The notes below the pieces were generated by a model. The model worked only from the letters and a program-made list of their open reading frames with translations, was not told the DNA's origin and did not search any database. Below are positions 49,626-59,760 of a stretch of DNA of 64,000 nucleotides, piece by piece. A program made the position numbers and the translations under genes. Each line of letters begins with the position of its first letter. Positions within the stretch are counted from its first letter, which is position 1. Source of the DNA: an uncultured Prevotellaceae bacterium (GTDB lineage Bacteria; Bacteroidota; Bacteroidia; Bacteroidales; Muribaculaceae); assembly GCA_946410125.1 (NCBI GenBank), contig CAMJZF010000001.1:3005-67004 (forward strand), given 5' to 3'.

Positions 49626-51287
49626 TTAGAAGTTTATGTTATAAATAGTTGCCTTACCGCCTTTCACCTTAATTTCGGTGAAAGGAGCAGTCGGGAACAC
49701 GAGGTTGGTCATTGCCATGCGGCCATCGGCATCAAATGCCTCGATGCTGCAGCGGTCAATGAAGATGCGCAGTTGCTTGATTACACCGTGAGTGGGAGCG
49801 ACAGTCACAACAGGGAAAGCCTCGCTGAATGAAGCGTCACCACTGACAGTTCTGTCCATAGCAAACGTCTGCTTGGCAGCATCATAAGTCATCACCACCT
49901 GTTCGCCGTTGGCGTTAGATAGAATTAATTCCATCGAGTTTTTCACGTCCACGACGATTTCGCAGGTCTCGGTAGGTTTCTTCACCTTGTCGCCACGTGC
50001 AGCGAGCATCTCGGGTGATGGTTTCACGCTAACGTAGGTTTCCTCGCCATCGACAAACAAGCCCAGATCACGTGGAATGGAATTGGCACTGCGGAACTGG
50101 CGGGTTGGAACTTGATTGGCATACTGCCAGTTGGACATCCATGCCAGCACCACATGACGGCCAGCAGGGGCGTTATAGAACGATACCGTAGCATAGTGAT
50201 CCTTACCATAGTCGAGCCACTTTGTGACCTTAGGCATAGACTCACATGTAAACTTGTGACCGTCGAAGTCGCCCACGAAGTACTGAGTCGCCGAGCCGCC
50301 AAAAGGTCCACCGGGATTGATGTTGCACAGCAGCACCCACTTGCCGTCGATTTTCATCAGGTCGGGGCACTCCCACACGCCACCATGATTGCCATACTCC
50401 TTGCCGAAAGAACTCTCATATTTCCACTCCTTCAGGTCACGAGATGAGTAAATGCGCATCTCCTGCCCTGCGGCAAGAATCATATTCCAGCAGTTGACAT
50501 CGGCATTCCAGAAAGGATTTGGATCACGGAAATCGGGAACATCGCTTGCCAAGACTGGGTTACCCTCATACTTGTCGAAAGTCAAACCATTGTCGTGCGA
50601 AATTGCGATAGACTGTGTCTGGTTCTGCCCAGCAGAAGTATAGATGGCCACTACATCGTCACCACTGGTCACACACGACCCCGAGAAGATGGTTCCCAAC
50701 GCATCAGGTTCGATGGCGATGGGTTGTGGAGTCCAATGAATCAGGTCGGTCGAAGTGGAGTGTCCCCAAGTCATGTTCTCCCATTGAGAGCCATAAGGGT
50801 TGTACTGATAGTACAGATGCCAAACGCCATCCTTGTAGAACATGCCGTTAGGGTCGTTCATCCAGCCATAGGCGGGAGTGTGGTGATAGGCAGGACGAAA
50901 TCGCTCGCGGTTGGTCGCGTCGAACGAGTCGTTGACCTGCATCTCTCGCCAGCATACGAAATCCTTCACTGCACCCGTTGTGCGACGGTCACCGTGGAAA
51001 GTCACGTCGAGCAGCACCTTCTTGTTGCCGAAGCGCTGTATGTCAAGGGGCACATAGTAGTCCACCTTATCGACAGCGAGGCGCACATTGAGAGTCTGCA
51101 CCTGCTCATTGTCAACGATGACACGCACATTAGCCACCTCCTCCTTTTCCTGAACGGGAAGCATGATGTATTTGCCTGTAGCGTCAACCCGCAACATAGC
51201 GTGATTGTCGCTCAATATCTGGGGAGCCAGTGCCGTGGCCGAGAAAGCCACGAGCACTGCCGCCAGAATAGTTAATAATCTGTTCAT
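49626..51287 (-). CDS. GH32 beta-fructofuranosidase/levanase with N-terminal DUF4980-like domain
   Basis: WMNDPNG, FSGS, FRDP, WECPD. Confidence 0.93.
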   Translation of the reverse strand: MNRLLTILAAVLVAFSATALAPQILSDNHAMLRVDATGKYIMLPVQEKEEVANVRVIVDNEQVQTLNVRLAVDKVDYYVPLDIQRFGNKKVLLDVTFHGDRRTTGAVKDFVCWREMQVNDSFDATNRERFRPAYHHTPAYGWMNDPNGMFYKDGVWHLYYQYNPYGSQWENMTWGHSTSTDLIHWTPQPIAIEPDALGTIFSGSCVTSGDDVVAIYTSAGQNQTQSIAISHDNGLTFDKYEGNPVLASDVPDFRDPNPFWNADVNCWNMILAAGQEMRIYSSRDLKEWKYESSFGKEYGNHGGVWECPDLMKIDGKWVLLCNINPGGPFGGSATQYFVGDFDGHKFTCESMPKVTKWLDYGKDHYATVSFYNAPAGRHVVLAWMSNWQYANQVPTRQFRSANSIPRDLGLFVDGEETYVSVKPSPEMLAARGDKVKKPTETCEIVVDVKNSMELILSNANGEQVVMTYDAAKQTFAMDRTVSGDASFSEAFPVVTVAPTHGVIKQLRIFIDRCSIEAFDADGRMAMTNLVFPTAPFTEIKVKGGKATIYNINF

Positions 51288-51301
51288 AATTGCAAAGATA
51301 A

Positions 51302-52906
51302 TCAATTACCAGATTGCTGTGATACCTTTAGGTCAGAAATGGTGATTTTGCCACCATAATTATTGATGCTCCAGCAATTCTTCTGAATGCCGTAGATGCG
51401 GTTGGTATAAGCGCAAACGTCATTGATATACATCACCATGACCGAGTTGTCGGTGTAGATGTTGATGTGATAAACGTTGTTGTCGGGGCGCTGGAATATG
51501 TAGCCATCGATACCCTCGATAAAGCCCTTACCCTCACTGCCTTCCTGCTCAAAGTTCACCTTACGGTTAAATTCGCCCTCGGGATTAACAACCATAGTGT
51601 AATAGCGATCAGAGTCGGAACCACGAACCAACGAAATACCGAAACGGTCCCAGTTGTTGGATGTTGTCACGGTGAACGATATATGGTTACATGTTCCAAG
51701 ACGGTTGTACAGCACATAAGCGTCATCTCCCGTGAGAGTGCCATTAACACCACTCATTTGAGCACCATTGCTGTCCATCACCCTGACGTTCTGCTCTTTG
51801 TTGTACTTAGCTGCAATAGCAGGCACCTCGCCAAGAGTCAAAGTTCCGTCAGCATGCTGAATGATCTTGTGGCATACCAGTGCGCCCGACCAGTTAGGCT
51901 CGCCGCCAGCACCAACATTGATGTTCTTGTCATGGATGGTGGTACCTGTGCGATATGGGCACCAACCCCAGATGTAGCGGTCTTGACCATTGCTTGCTGT
52001 CTTGCCGGCATAGAAAGCACGGCTGTCGAGCACACCCTCATGACCATCATGTGGCCAGTTGGCGCCTGGATCGTTGAAGCAGGCCTTCAGTCCCTCGAAG
52101 GTAGGAGCCATCATGTATTTAACTTTGCGGCTCCAAGAGGCACGATAACCCTCACTATACACGCAATACCAGTAGTTGCCCATCTTGAAGATGTCGGGGC
52201 ACTCACACATGCGGTCCCAAATCATGGGGAAATTGCCAACGTGTTCCCACGCCTTCAGATCGCTGGACTTGAATTCGGCAAATTTCAGGTTGCTTGAGAT
52301 AACCATGTGGTAAAGGCCGTCGTCAGCAACAAAAATTTGAGGATCACGGAAGTCGTTGTCAGAGTAACCATAAGTCGAACCCTTAAGCATCCACAAGGCA
52401 TCTTTAGACCAATCTTTGAAATTGGGAGAAGTAGCCCTCATCACTGCCTCGCGGCCATAGCGGTCATGACCTGTGTAATAGATGTAGTATAAGCCATCTT
52501 TCTCATTATAGATACAGCAACCTGTACCCAGAGCGGCGTCCTGCTCGTCGGGAGAGGTTCCTGTAGGCAACACCTCGCCCAGTGACTGGTAGTTGGCGCC
52601 ATCAACAGTCGATACACACCAGAATGGGTGGTAGTTGAAAGCTGCATTGTTGTCATATTCCTGCAGATAGAGCACCTTGAAGTCGCCTCCCTTTGGATCA
52701 AAGAAAGGCATAGGGTCACCACAGCGGCCAATTGATGGATTGTAGTAGGTTAGGAAGCCAGCATCGTCTACCGAGTTAAAGAATGTGGTAGTGTTGTCCC
52801 AATCTTTTGGAGCATCGGGAGCGAAGTTGTCCTCGCTGCATGCCGACGAAGTGACCACAAAGCAACACAGCAGCAATGCGCTGAAAATATTCTTGAACTT
52901 TTTCAT
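51302..52906 (-). CDS. GH32 lipoprotein, probable endo-levanase (BT1760-like)
   Basis: Lipobox SSAC; GDPMP, FRDP, CECPD. Confidence 0.85.
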   Translation of the reverse strand: MKKFKNIFSALLLCCFVVTSSACSEDNFAPDAPKDWDNTTTFFNSVDDAGFLTYYNPSIGRCGDPMPFFDPKGGDFKVLYLQEYDNNAAFNYHPFWCVSTVDGANYQSLGEVLPTGTSPDEQDAALGTGCCIYNEKDGLYYIYYTGHDRYGREAVMRATSPNFKDWSKDALWMLKGSTYGYSDNDFRDPQIFVADDGLYHMVISSNLKFAEFKSSDLKAWEHVGNFPMIWDRMCECPDIFKMGNYWYCVYSEGYRASWSRKVKYMMAPTFEGLKACFNDPGANWPHDGHEGVLDSRAFYAGKTASNGQDRYIWGWCPYRTGTTIHDKNINVGAGGEPNWSGALVCHKIIQHADGTLTLGEVPAIAAKYNKEQNVRVMDSNGAQMSGVNGTLTGDDAYVLYNRLGTCNHISFTVTTSNNWDRFGISLVRGSDSDRYYTMVVNPEGEFNRKVNFEQEGSEGKGFIEGIDGYIFQRPDNNVYHINIYTDNSVMVMYINDVCAYTNRIYGIQKNCWSINNYGGKITISDLKVSQQSGN

Positions 52907-52913
52907 GAGTCAA

Positions 52914-54344
52914 TTACTTAGTTAAATAGTTGATAGCATTCTTAGTCATAATCTCTATATTCGTGTGGTACTTCTCGGTGTATCCAGCCTCGTAAGTATA
53001 AGAATACCAGTCGTAACAGCCCGAACCGATGCAAATGATGCCACCCTTGCCATCACGAGCGGGATACTCCCAAAGCACGATAGCGCCATCTCCACCAACA
53101 CCGAGCACTATACCACCAGTGCGGTTGGTCCAAGCATCATAATTGTCATAGCCTCCCCAGTCGGTACCGATGTGGTACTGAGCAGTAGAGTTGGTAATGT
53201 GATAACCGGCATCGGTACAGTAAACCTCGTTGGGGTTATCACCTGCAACAAGACCTTGATAGATTGCATGTCCTGCCTGGCCGTTGAAGATGTGGAATGT
53301 CCATGGGCCACCACACAACTCGGCATAGGCCTCATCCTGGCCCCAGCAGTTGTTAGGTGTAGTCCACTCGTCGTCACCAGTAGTGCCAATGAATGATGGC
53401 AGGTTAACGGCATAGCGAGTGAGCAGCAGAGCACCACCGTTCTCATAGAACTGACGCAACTCATTGAGAGTATTCATAGCATCGGTAGCCTTGGCGACAA
53501 AATTGTCATGTCCATCTACACCGCCATCAACATGCCAGTGCCACCAGATGAGCTTGCACTCCGACAAATCAAGAGTACCAGCGCGCAAGTCGGCAAACGA
53601 AGCATACAGTGAGCTCTCAACATTGCCAAGCATCCACTGACAAGCAGCCTGAGCCTCAGGATCAAGTTCACTCATAGTAGGAGCTGAACCCAAGAAGAGG
53701 GCTTTAGGCTTACTGATAGCGATAACCTTAACAGTATAAACACTTTCGGCCGAATTGTTCTTCACTGTGTAAGTTACTGGCTGAGAGAAATCCTGAGCAA
53801 CACCCGACGATGGAGTGATCGTAGCATTTACACTATAAGTAATTGTGGGCACCAGATTAGTGATGTCGAGCGATGCAGGAACATAGACAACAATCGACTT
53901 GGTTTCTTGATCGATGCTGCCAGTATAAATGTCGTTGATCACAAACTCTGTGATTCGTGCCTCATCGTGGAGAACCGACAATGTCCAGTCAAGATAAACA
54001 TCACCATGTTTCACGTGCAGAACTTTAGCTGCGTCCATGTTGATGGTTTCACCCTGGCGAACGTTACAAACGGCACCGTCCGACATCTTTAATGACGTAA
54101 CCTTCATAGCCGATGTTTCATAAACCTCGGGCAAGCGTACAATGATGGATCTTGACGGCAAGTCGATGATACCCTCAAAGTTATCGAGGGAGATTTGTTC
54201 AATCATGCAGTTACCCGACAACTCCAGATCACTGACGTTGTCATCGGAGCATGAACTGAGCATTGATGCGAATCCGCAGCATGCAAGACACGCACATAAT
54301 ATATATAATATCTTAGTTTTCATATTCATTGATATTTTATTCAT
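52914..54344 (-). CDS. Surface glycan-binding lipoprotein (DUF4960, BT1761-like)
   Basis: Lipobox LSSC, Ig-like repeats (QDFSQPVTYTV), Trp-rich C-terminal domain; follows susD. Confidence 0.82.
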   Translation of the reverse strand: MNKISMNMKTKILYILCACLACCGFASMLSSCSDDNVSDLELSGNCMIEQISLDNFEGIIDLPSRSIIVRLPEVYETSAMKVTSLKMSDGAVCNVRQGETINMDAAKVLHVKHGDVYLDWTLSVLHDEARITEFVINDIYTGSIDQETKSIVVYVPASLDITNLVPTITYSVNATITPSSGVAQDFSQPVTYTVKNNSAESVYTVKVIAISKPKALFLGSAPTMSELDPEAQAACQWMLGNVESSLYASFADLRAGTLDLSECKLIWWHWHVDGGVDGHDNFVAKATDAMNTLNELRQFYENGGALLLTRYAVNLPSFIGTTGDDEWTTPNNCWGQDEAYAELCGGPWTFHIFNGQAGHAIYQGLVAGDNPNEVYCTDAGYHITNSTAQYHIGTDWGGYDNYDAWTNRTGGIVLGVGGDGAIVLWEYPARDGKGGIICIGSGCYDWYSYTYEAGYTEKYHTNIEIMTKNAINYLTK

Positions 54345-54368
54345 CTGAATTTAACTATGTTGCTGTGA

Positions 54369-56108
54369 TTACCAATTACCAATGTTCTGCTTGTAATGGC
54401 CGTTAGAGGCTGAAATCTGACTGAACGGAATAGGCAGGTACTCGTCCTTGTTAGCAGTGAAATGTGCGGCACTGTAAATAGAACAGTGGCTGATTTCCTC
54501 GGCAAAATACTTGTTAAGCACCGTGGCAGCATCACCCCAGCGCACGAGGTCGAAGAAACGCTCGCTCTCCATGGCCAATTCCAGACGGCGTTCCATCTTT
54601 ACAATCTTCACGACATCTTCTTTAGAATAACCGGGGCGATAGGTGCTTATGTATATATCCACACCAAAGGCGTTAGGATAGCTTGAAATCATCTGAGTGC
54701 TAGTAGCTGCACGCGAGCGCAACTGGTTCACCAAATTGATGGCTTGGTCAGTCTGTCCCAACTGAGCATAAGCTTCAGCACGCATCAACAGCACGTCGGC
54801 ATAGCGGAAGACGATGCGGTTCATTGAGCTTGCCCAGTAAGAACCCTTAATGAGGTAGCTGCCAATGAGAGCAGGGTCAACATTGTGCTTGAGTGACACA
54901 TAGTAGCCATACAGACCATTACTGCGGCTCCAGATACTGGTCTCCTCCATCATGAATTTGCGGTTAAACATGTAGGGCAAGCCTGGCATTCCCACTGTGA
55001 GGAACAAGCGTGGGTCGGCATTGTCGGTACTCATGTCATAATCTTTGTCATTGAAATCATTAATCAATGGCAAGCCATCGGCACCAGTGCGGAAAGCATT
55101 AACAAGATTCTGCGAAGGCTTGTAGAAGTCGCAACCGCCATCGGTAGCACCAGGAATGTTGGGTGGAATCAAGCCATAACTCCAATTCAGGTTACCATAG
55201 GTAGAGCCATCGTTGCGTGAGTATTGGATAGCCCAAATGCTCTCGATACCGTTCTCATATTCTTCCTCAGGGCGGAAGTTGTTATGGATATCTGCCTCAA
55301 GACCATAGTTGGCATACAGAGAAGGATTGGTAAACTCAATTACCTTCTGCAGGTCTTCTTGATTGATGCTTGTCACCTGATTGCTGCTTGCGTCATCCTG
55401 ACGATAAGCCTTGTAAAGATATACTTTAGCCAGAAATGCAGCTGCGGCAGCACGGGTTGGGCGTCCCTTGTCCTGCTGAACTTCGGGAAGAGTGTTATAG
55501 GCTTCCATCAAGTCATCGATGATGAGTTGCCAGCCTTCGTCATTGGTATATTGAGTGTTAGACAGCTCGTTATACTCATCGTAGGTCAAGTTCTCATTAA
55601 TTACAAAAGGTATGTTTTTGTATAAGCGCTTGAGCAAGAAGTGGCCATAGGCACGCAAGAACTTCATCTCGGCCAGGCGCTGATTCTTCATAGCGTAGCT
55701 GTCATCGGTTTCATTGAGCAGGGCGATGGCGCTGTTCACACGCGACAGGCTGTTATACAACCTCACCCACATGTCGTTAATGTTCCAGTTGGTGGTGAGA
55801 ACACCTTGCTGAACCTCAAGCTGATGGAACACGTCACCGTCGCTGGTGCCGTTGCCACCCTTATAGGCATCATCACTACGCACATCATAGTTCCACATCG
55901 AGAACGATGAATTGATGTCCTCGGCCGTGGTAAATATAGCGTAGGCCGAGATTGCCATAGCCTCAGCATTCTCAGGAGTCTTCACTTGATCATCACTTAG
56001 TGTGGCCTGGGGCTTGTGCTCGTCAAGAAAATCTTCACAAGATGTAAACAATGTGGTGGCACTACAACAAACCAGACCAACACATAATATATTAAATATC
56101 TTTTTCAT
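54369..56108 (-). CDS. susD: SusD/RagB family lipoprotein
   Basis: FTSC lipobox, FLRAYGHF, RYADVLLMRAEA, ERRLELAME..RFFDLVRWG. Confidence 0.95.
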   Translation of the reverse strand: MKKIFNILCVGLVCCSATTLFTSCEDFLDEHKPQATLSDDQVKTPENAEAMAISAYAIFTTAEDINSSFSMWNYDVRSDDAYKGGNGTSDGDVFHQLEVQQGVLTTNWNINDMWVRLYNSLSRVNSAIALLNETDDSYAMKNQRLAEMKFLRAYGHFLLKRLYKNIPFVINENLTYDEYNELSNTQYTNDEGWQLIIDDLMEAYNTLPEVQQDKGRPTRAAAAAFLAKVYLYKAYRQDDASSNQVTSINQEDLQKVIEFTNPSLYANYGLEADIHNNFRPEEEYENGIESIWAIQYSRNDGSTYGNLNWSYGLIPPNIPGATDGGCDFYKPSQNLVNAFRTGADGLPLINDFNDKDYDMSTDNADPRLFLTVGMPGLPYMFNRKFMMEETSIWSRSNGLYGYYVSLKHNVDPALIGSYLIKGSYWASSMNRIVFRYADVLLMRAEAYAQLGQTDQAINLVNQLRSRAATSTQMISSYPNAFGVDIYISTYRPGYSKEDVVKIVKMERRLELAMESERFFDLVRWGDAATVLNKYFAEEISHCSIYSAAHFTANKDEYLPIPFSQISASNGHYKQNIGNW

Positions 56109-56123
56109 AGTGAATCTGAATTT

Positions 56124-59100
56124 TTAGAATGAAACATTAAGACCGAAAGTAACATTTAGCGGGATAGGATAGCCAAAGTTGGGATTCTCGGGATCCACAC
56201 CAGTGAACTTTTTGCTCTTGATGGTTAACAAGTTCTGGGCCGATACATACAAGCGCAAGCGTGCGAGGCGCATCTTGTCACACACGTTGCTGCCAAAGTT
56301 GTAACCAATCTGGACGTTTCGCATTTTAGCATAGGAACCATTCTCAACAAAGTAGGTGCTGACGCGCTTCTCATTGTTGTTGTCCATTGTGCTGACAGCA
56401 GGAATGTTGGAGTTTGGATTTAAGGGAGTCCATGCATCGAGCAAGCGACGGCCCTTGTTCAAGTTAGAGATATTCAGACCACTCCACAAGTCGGTCTCGC
56501 GCTTCAGGTCACTGATCACGTCAACACCCTGTGCACCCTGCCAGAACATGGTGAAGTCCCAATTCTTGTATTCGAGATAGATGTTAAGACCCCAAGAGAA
56601 ATCGGGCACTGGCGAGTAAATCCATTGCTGGTCTGTCTCGTTAATGACTCCATCTTCATTCAGGTCTTTCCAGCGGATGCGACCAAGGCCAGCACCATCT
56701 TGTGCGGCGTGGTTGTCAATCTCGTCTTGACTCTTAAAGATACCGTCATAGACATATCCTACTTGAGCACCCATTGGATGTCCCACTACGCTCTCAACAC
56801 CATTGCCACCGAAAGCGCCGTTGGCTGCCAGAGTCTCGGGAAGCTTGGTCACCTTGTTGCGATAAGTACCGATGTTACCAGAGATGTCATAATGGAAATC
56901 GCCAGCCGAACCACGATAACCGATGTTCAACTCAATACCCTTATTGGTCATCTCACCAGCATTAATCCACTGGCTACTACCCTCTCCCATCACACCGATG
57001 CCGGGCATGTTAACCAAGATGTCGGTAGTCTTCTTGTAGTACCACTCAAACGAGCCATACAACGCATTGCGCAAAAAGCCGAAGTCAAAACCAAGGTTGG
57101 TCTGTGTCGTGGTCTCCCACTTGAGGTTATCGTTACCTAACTGGTTGCGCTTGAAACCACTGGCAAGGGTTTGGCCGCCATTGGTGCCGGCAATATCATA
57201 ACTGGTACCGTAGCTCTGGCCACCGAAACCAGCCTCGCCATAATTGCTCTCAAAGATAGTGTAGCGGGCAATATTGGAGATCTCCTGGTTACCAGTCTGT
57301 CCCCAAGATGCTCTCAGCTTAAAGTTATCGAGCCACTCAAGTCCCTTCATGAATGGTTCCTCACTGATACGCCAACCAGCACTCACCGATGGGAAGGTAC
57401 CATAACGGTTGTTGCGACCAAAGCGGCTTGAACCATCATGACGGATAGTTACACTAGCCAGATAACGGTCGTTATAGGTATAGTTCACTTTGCCGAAGAA
57501 GGAAACCAGAGAGTAGCCTTCGCCAGAACCATAAGCCTCAGCTTTGCCAACTGCAGAGTTGGGCCACATGTAATTTGGATTCAACACAGCAAAGTCATAA
57601 GCCTTGCCGCTGAGCCATGAGTCGTCCTCACGGTTGAGCTCGACACCAACCATGATGTCACCGCGATGCAAATCGCGTTCCAAATTGTAAGTGGCAATCG
57701 CGTTCCACATCCACTTGGTCCAGTGCTCCTGCTTGGCCTCAACAGCGTTGATAGGATTGGCAACTGTACCCTCGGTAATAGGATAAGTGAAAATGCGTTG
57801 CTGTTTTTGAGCATAGTCAAGACCGAAGGTTGTCTTGATGTTGAAATTAGCAAAGGGATTAATGTTGATGAATGCATCACCAAACATACGCCAATAGGTG
57901 TAGCGGTTGTCGCTGTTGCGGTCAAGACGAGCAACAGGGTTCTCACGGTCGGGATAACCGCCTACTGGACCAGCATAATGGCCATCGGTAGTATAAACAG
58001 GTAACGATGGGTTAAACTGAAGCACATTCTCAAGGAATCCGCCAGGAGCCTGAAGCTCATTGGTGCGGTTTACTGTGAAATGCTCACCCACAGTAATAAG
58101 TTTGCGCTCTCCTACGTTCAATAGCTTGTAAGTTGTATTCATACGAGCCGAGAAGCGCTGGAAGTCAGACTGCTTGATGATACCTTTATTTTTATAATAA
58201 CCGAGAGAGAAGAAAGCAGAACCATTCTCAGTGCCATTGCTCAGCGACACATTATATTGCTGAACTAAGCCAGTGCGAGTGGTCTCTTTGAACCAGTCGG
58301 TATCGGCAGCGGGTGTCGTGCCGGCAGGATCGAGGAACTTGTTCATTGTGATGCCGTTGAGCACGGGAACACCGTTGGCATTGTAGCTCCAGTCATAATG
58401 ATATCCCAAACCATTCAAATTGGGGTTCAGGCCATCATTGACATAACCTTGCCACATCATTTGGCCAAACTCTTTGGCATTCAACACTTTCATCTTGTTG
58501 GCATAGGTCTGTACCGACAGGCTGGCATCAAAGTCAATTTTCACTTTTCCGTCTTTGCCGCCCTTGGTGGTAATGATAATCACACCGTTGGCAGCACGGC
58601 TACCGTAGATAGACGCCGAAGCGGCATCCTTGAGCACCTGGATGCTCTCGATGTCGTTGCCGTTGAGTTCGTGCATACCGGCTTTGGTGGGAACACCGTC
58701 AATGATGTAAAGAGGGTCGTTGTTGTTGAGCGTGCCAGTACCACGAATACGGACTGTTGCAGCACCCGATGGGTTACCGTCGGCCGCGATGTTCATGCCT
58801 GGAACACGGCCCTGCATCGCCTTGATGGGGTTGTTCTCGTTCTGTTTTGCCAGATCGTTCACACTAACTACCGACACAGCTCCGGTCAGGTCGGCCTTGC
58901 GCTGGGTGGTGTAACCCGTCACAACAATCTCGTTCAGAGAAATTGCATCCTCTTTCATGGTGACTACCATGCCGTCACTAGCGGGCATCTCAACATCGAG
59001 GTAACCCACATAGGAGAAAACGAGAACTGCTCCGGGATTCACTTTGAGGGCAAAACTGCCGTCAAAGTCGGTCACTGTACCATTAGTGGTACCTTTCTCA

Positions 59101-59234
59101 ATCACTGATGCACCGATGACGGTTTCACCCGTTTCATCTACGACTGTGCCAGTGATCTCGGTCTGTGCGTACGATATCAGGTTACACACAAACACGAGAG
59201 CTAAGCTCAATAGAAATCTTTTAGGTTTTCTCAT
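56124..59234 (-). CDS. susC: SusC/RagA TonB-dependent transporter
   Basis: PLYIIDG, IQVLKDAASASIYGSRAANGVIIITTK, LKWETT, terminal F. Confidence 0.97.
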   Translation of the reverse strand: MRKPKRFLLSLALVFVCNLISYAQTEITGTVVDETGETVIGASVIEKGTTNGTVTDFDGSFALKVNPGAVLVFSYVGYLDVEMPASDGMVVTMKEDAISLNEIVVTGYTTQRKADLTGAVSVVSVNDLAKQNENNPIKAMQGRVPGMNIAADGNPSGAATVRIRGTGTLNNNDPLYIIDGVPTKAGMHELNGNDIESIQVLKDAASASIYGSRAANGVIIITTKGGKDGKVKIDFDASLSVQTYANKMKVLNAKEFGQMMWQGYVNDGLNPNLNGLGYHYDWSYNANGVPVLNGITMNKFLDPAGTTPAADTDWFKETTRTGLVQQYNVSLSNGTENGSAFFSLGYYKNKGIIKQSDFQRFSARMNTTYKLLNVGERKLITVGEHFTVNRTNELQAPGGFLENVLQFNPSLPVYTTDGHYAGPVGGYPDRENPVARLDRNSDNRYTYWRMFGDAFININPFANFNIKTTFGLDYAQKQQRIFTYPITEGTVANPINAVEAKQEHWTKWMWNAIATYNLERDLHRGDIMVGVELNREDDSWLSGKAYDFAVLNPNYMWPNSAVGKAEAYGSGEGYSLVSFFGKVNYTYNDRYLASVTIRHDGSSRFGRNNRYGTFPSVSAGWRISEEPFMKGLEWLDNFKLRASWGQTGNQEISNIARYTIFESNYGEAGFGGQSYGTSYDIAGTNGGQTLASGFKRNQLGNDNLKWETTTQTNLGFDFGFLRNALYGSFEWYYKKTTDILVNMPGIGVMGEGSSQWINAGEMTNKGIELNIGYRGSAGDFHYDISGNIGTYRNKVTKLPETLAANGAFGGNGVESVVGHPMGAQVGYVYDGIFKSQDEIDNHAAQDGAGLGRIRWKDLNEDGVINETDQQWIYSPVPDFSWGLNIYLEYKNWDFTMFWQGAQGVDVISDLKRETDLWSGLNISNLNKGRRLLDAWTPLNPNSNIPAVSTMDNNNEKRVSTYFVENGSYAKMRNVQIGYNFGSNVCDKMRLARLRLYVSAQNLLTIKSKKFTGVDPENPNFGYPIPLNVTFGLNVSF

Positions 59235-59282
59235 TCTTGCTTGGTTTTGATTAGTACATTAATTAATAAAAAATATTTTTGG

Positions 59283-59290
59283 CAAAGATA
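59283..59290 (-). promoter_or_regulatory. susC operon -7 promoter box
   Basis: TATCTTTG on minus strand about 50 bp upstream of the start. Confidence 0.7.
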
Positions 59291-59348
59291 AACGGTTGGA
59301 AGGCAAAGAAATATAAAAAATAGTTCTTATGGTATTAAAATTGTTTCA

Positions 59349-59381
59349 ATGCAACATATTTAATAGCAAATGAAACATTTT
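59349..59381. promoter_or_regulatory. Putative HTCS operator (direct repeat, 21-bp period)
   Basis: ATGCAACATATT 59349 and ATGAAACATTTT 59370 upstream of the susC promoter. Confidence 0.5.
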
Positions 59382-59420
59382 TGTCGTGTCTTTATTGGTC
59401 TTTGCATTAACTTTGTAATA

Positions 59421-59510
59421 CAAAAAAAGAAGGTGTGGACTCATGACATTTCACTTTCTGAACCAGGTCTGCGACAACCGTTGAGAATAGATGAAATGTT
59501 GGTCCACACC
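59421..59510 (+). ncRNA. Candidate structured small RNA A
   Basis: TAACTTTG box 59408-59415; stems GGTGTGGAC/GTCCACACC and ACATTTCA/TGAAATGT; apical CTGCGAC. Confidence 0.5.
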
Positions 59511-59539
59511 ATTATTATGTTATATAATATGGTGAAACC

Positions 59540-59636
59540 CTGAACTCTCTATTCTCATCTTACCAAGGTCGCAGTTTGGTTCAGAAAAGAGTCAGCAACT
59601 CATTTTGCCAGAATGTTATTACTCTCTCATAGAGTA
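59540..59636 (-). ncRNA. Candidate structured small RNA B (same loop motifs as A)
   Basis: TATATTTG box 59643-59650 (minus); CTGACTCT/AGAGTTCAG and ACCAA/TTGGT stems; apical CTGCGAC. Confidence 0.5.
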
Positions 59637-59760
59637 TGAGTGCAAATATAACGATTTTTTCTTGTTTTTAAAATGCCATGAATAAAAAACCGAAAACTTA
59701 TGCACTAAAAAAATGAAAAACAACAAATTTGTACATTCCTACCAAAAATATTAAACTGAA

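Noticed and set aside
54007-54022. parS-like TGTTTCACGTGCAGAA in the SGBP gene (and a half site near 18612-18627)
   Set aside because: Only about half of the palindrome matches; likely chance
59442-59513. 23-codon minus-strand ORF (MVWTNISS...) as a type I toxin
   Set aside because: Not hydrophobic; coincides with RNA stems, so the structure explains the sequence better
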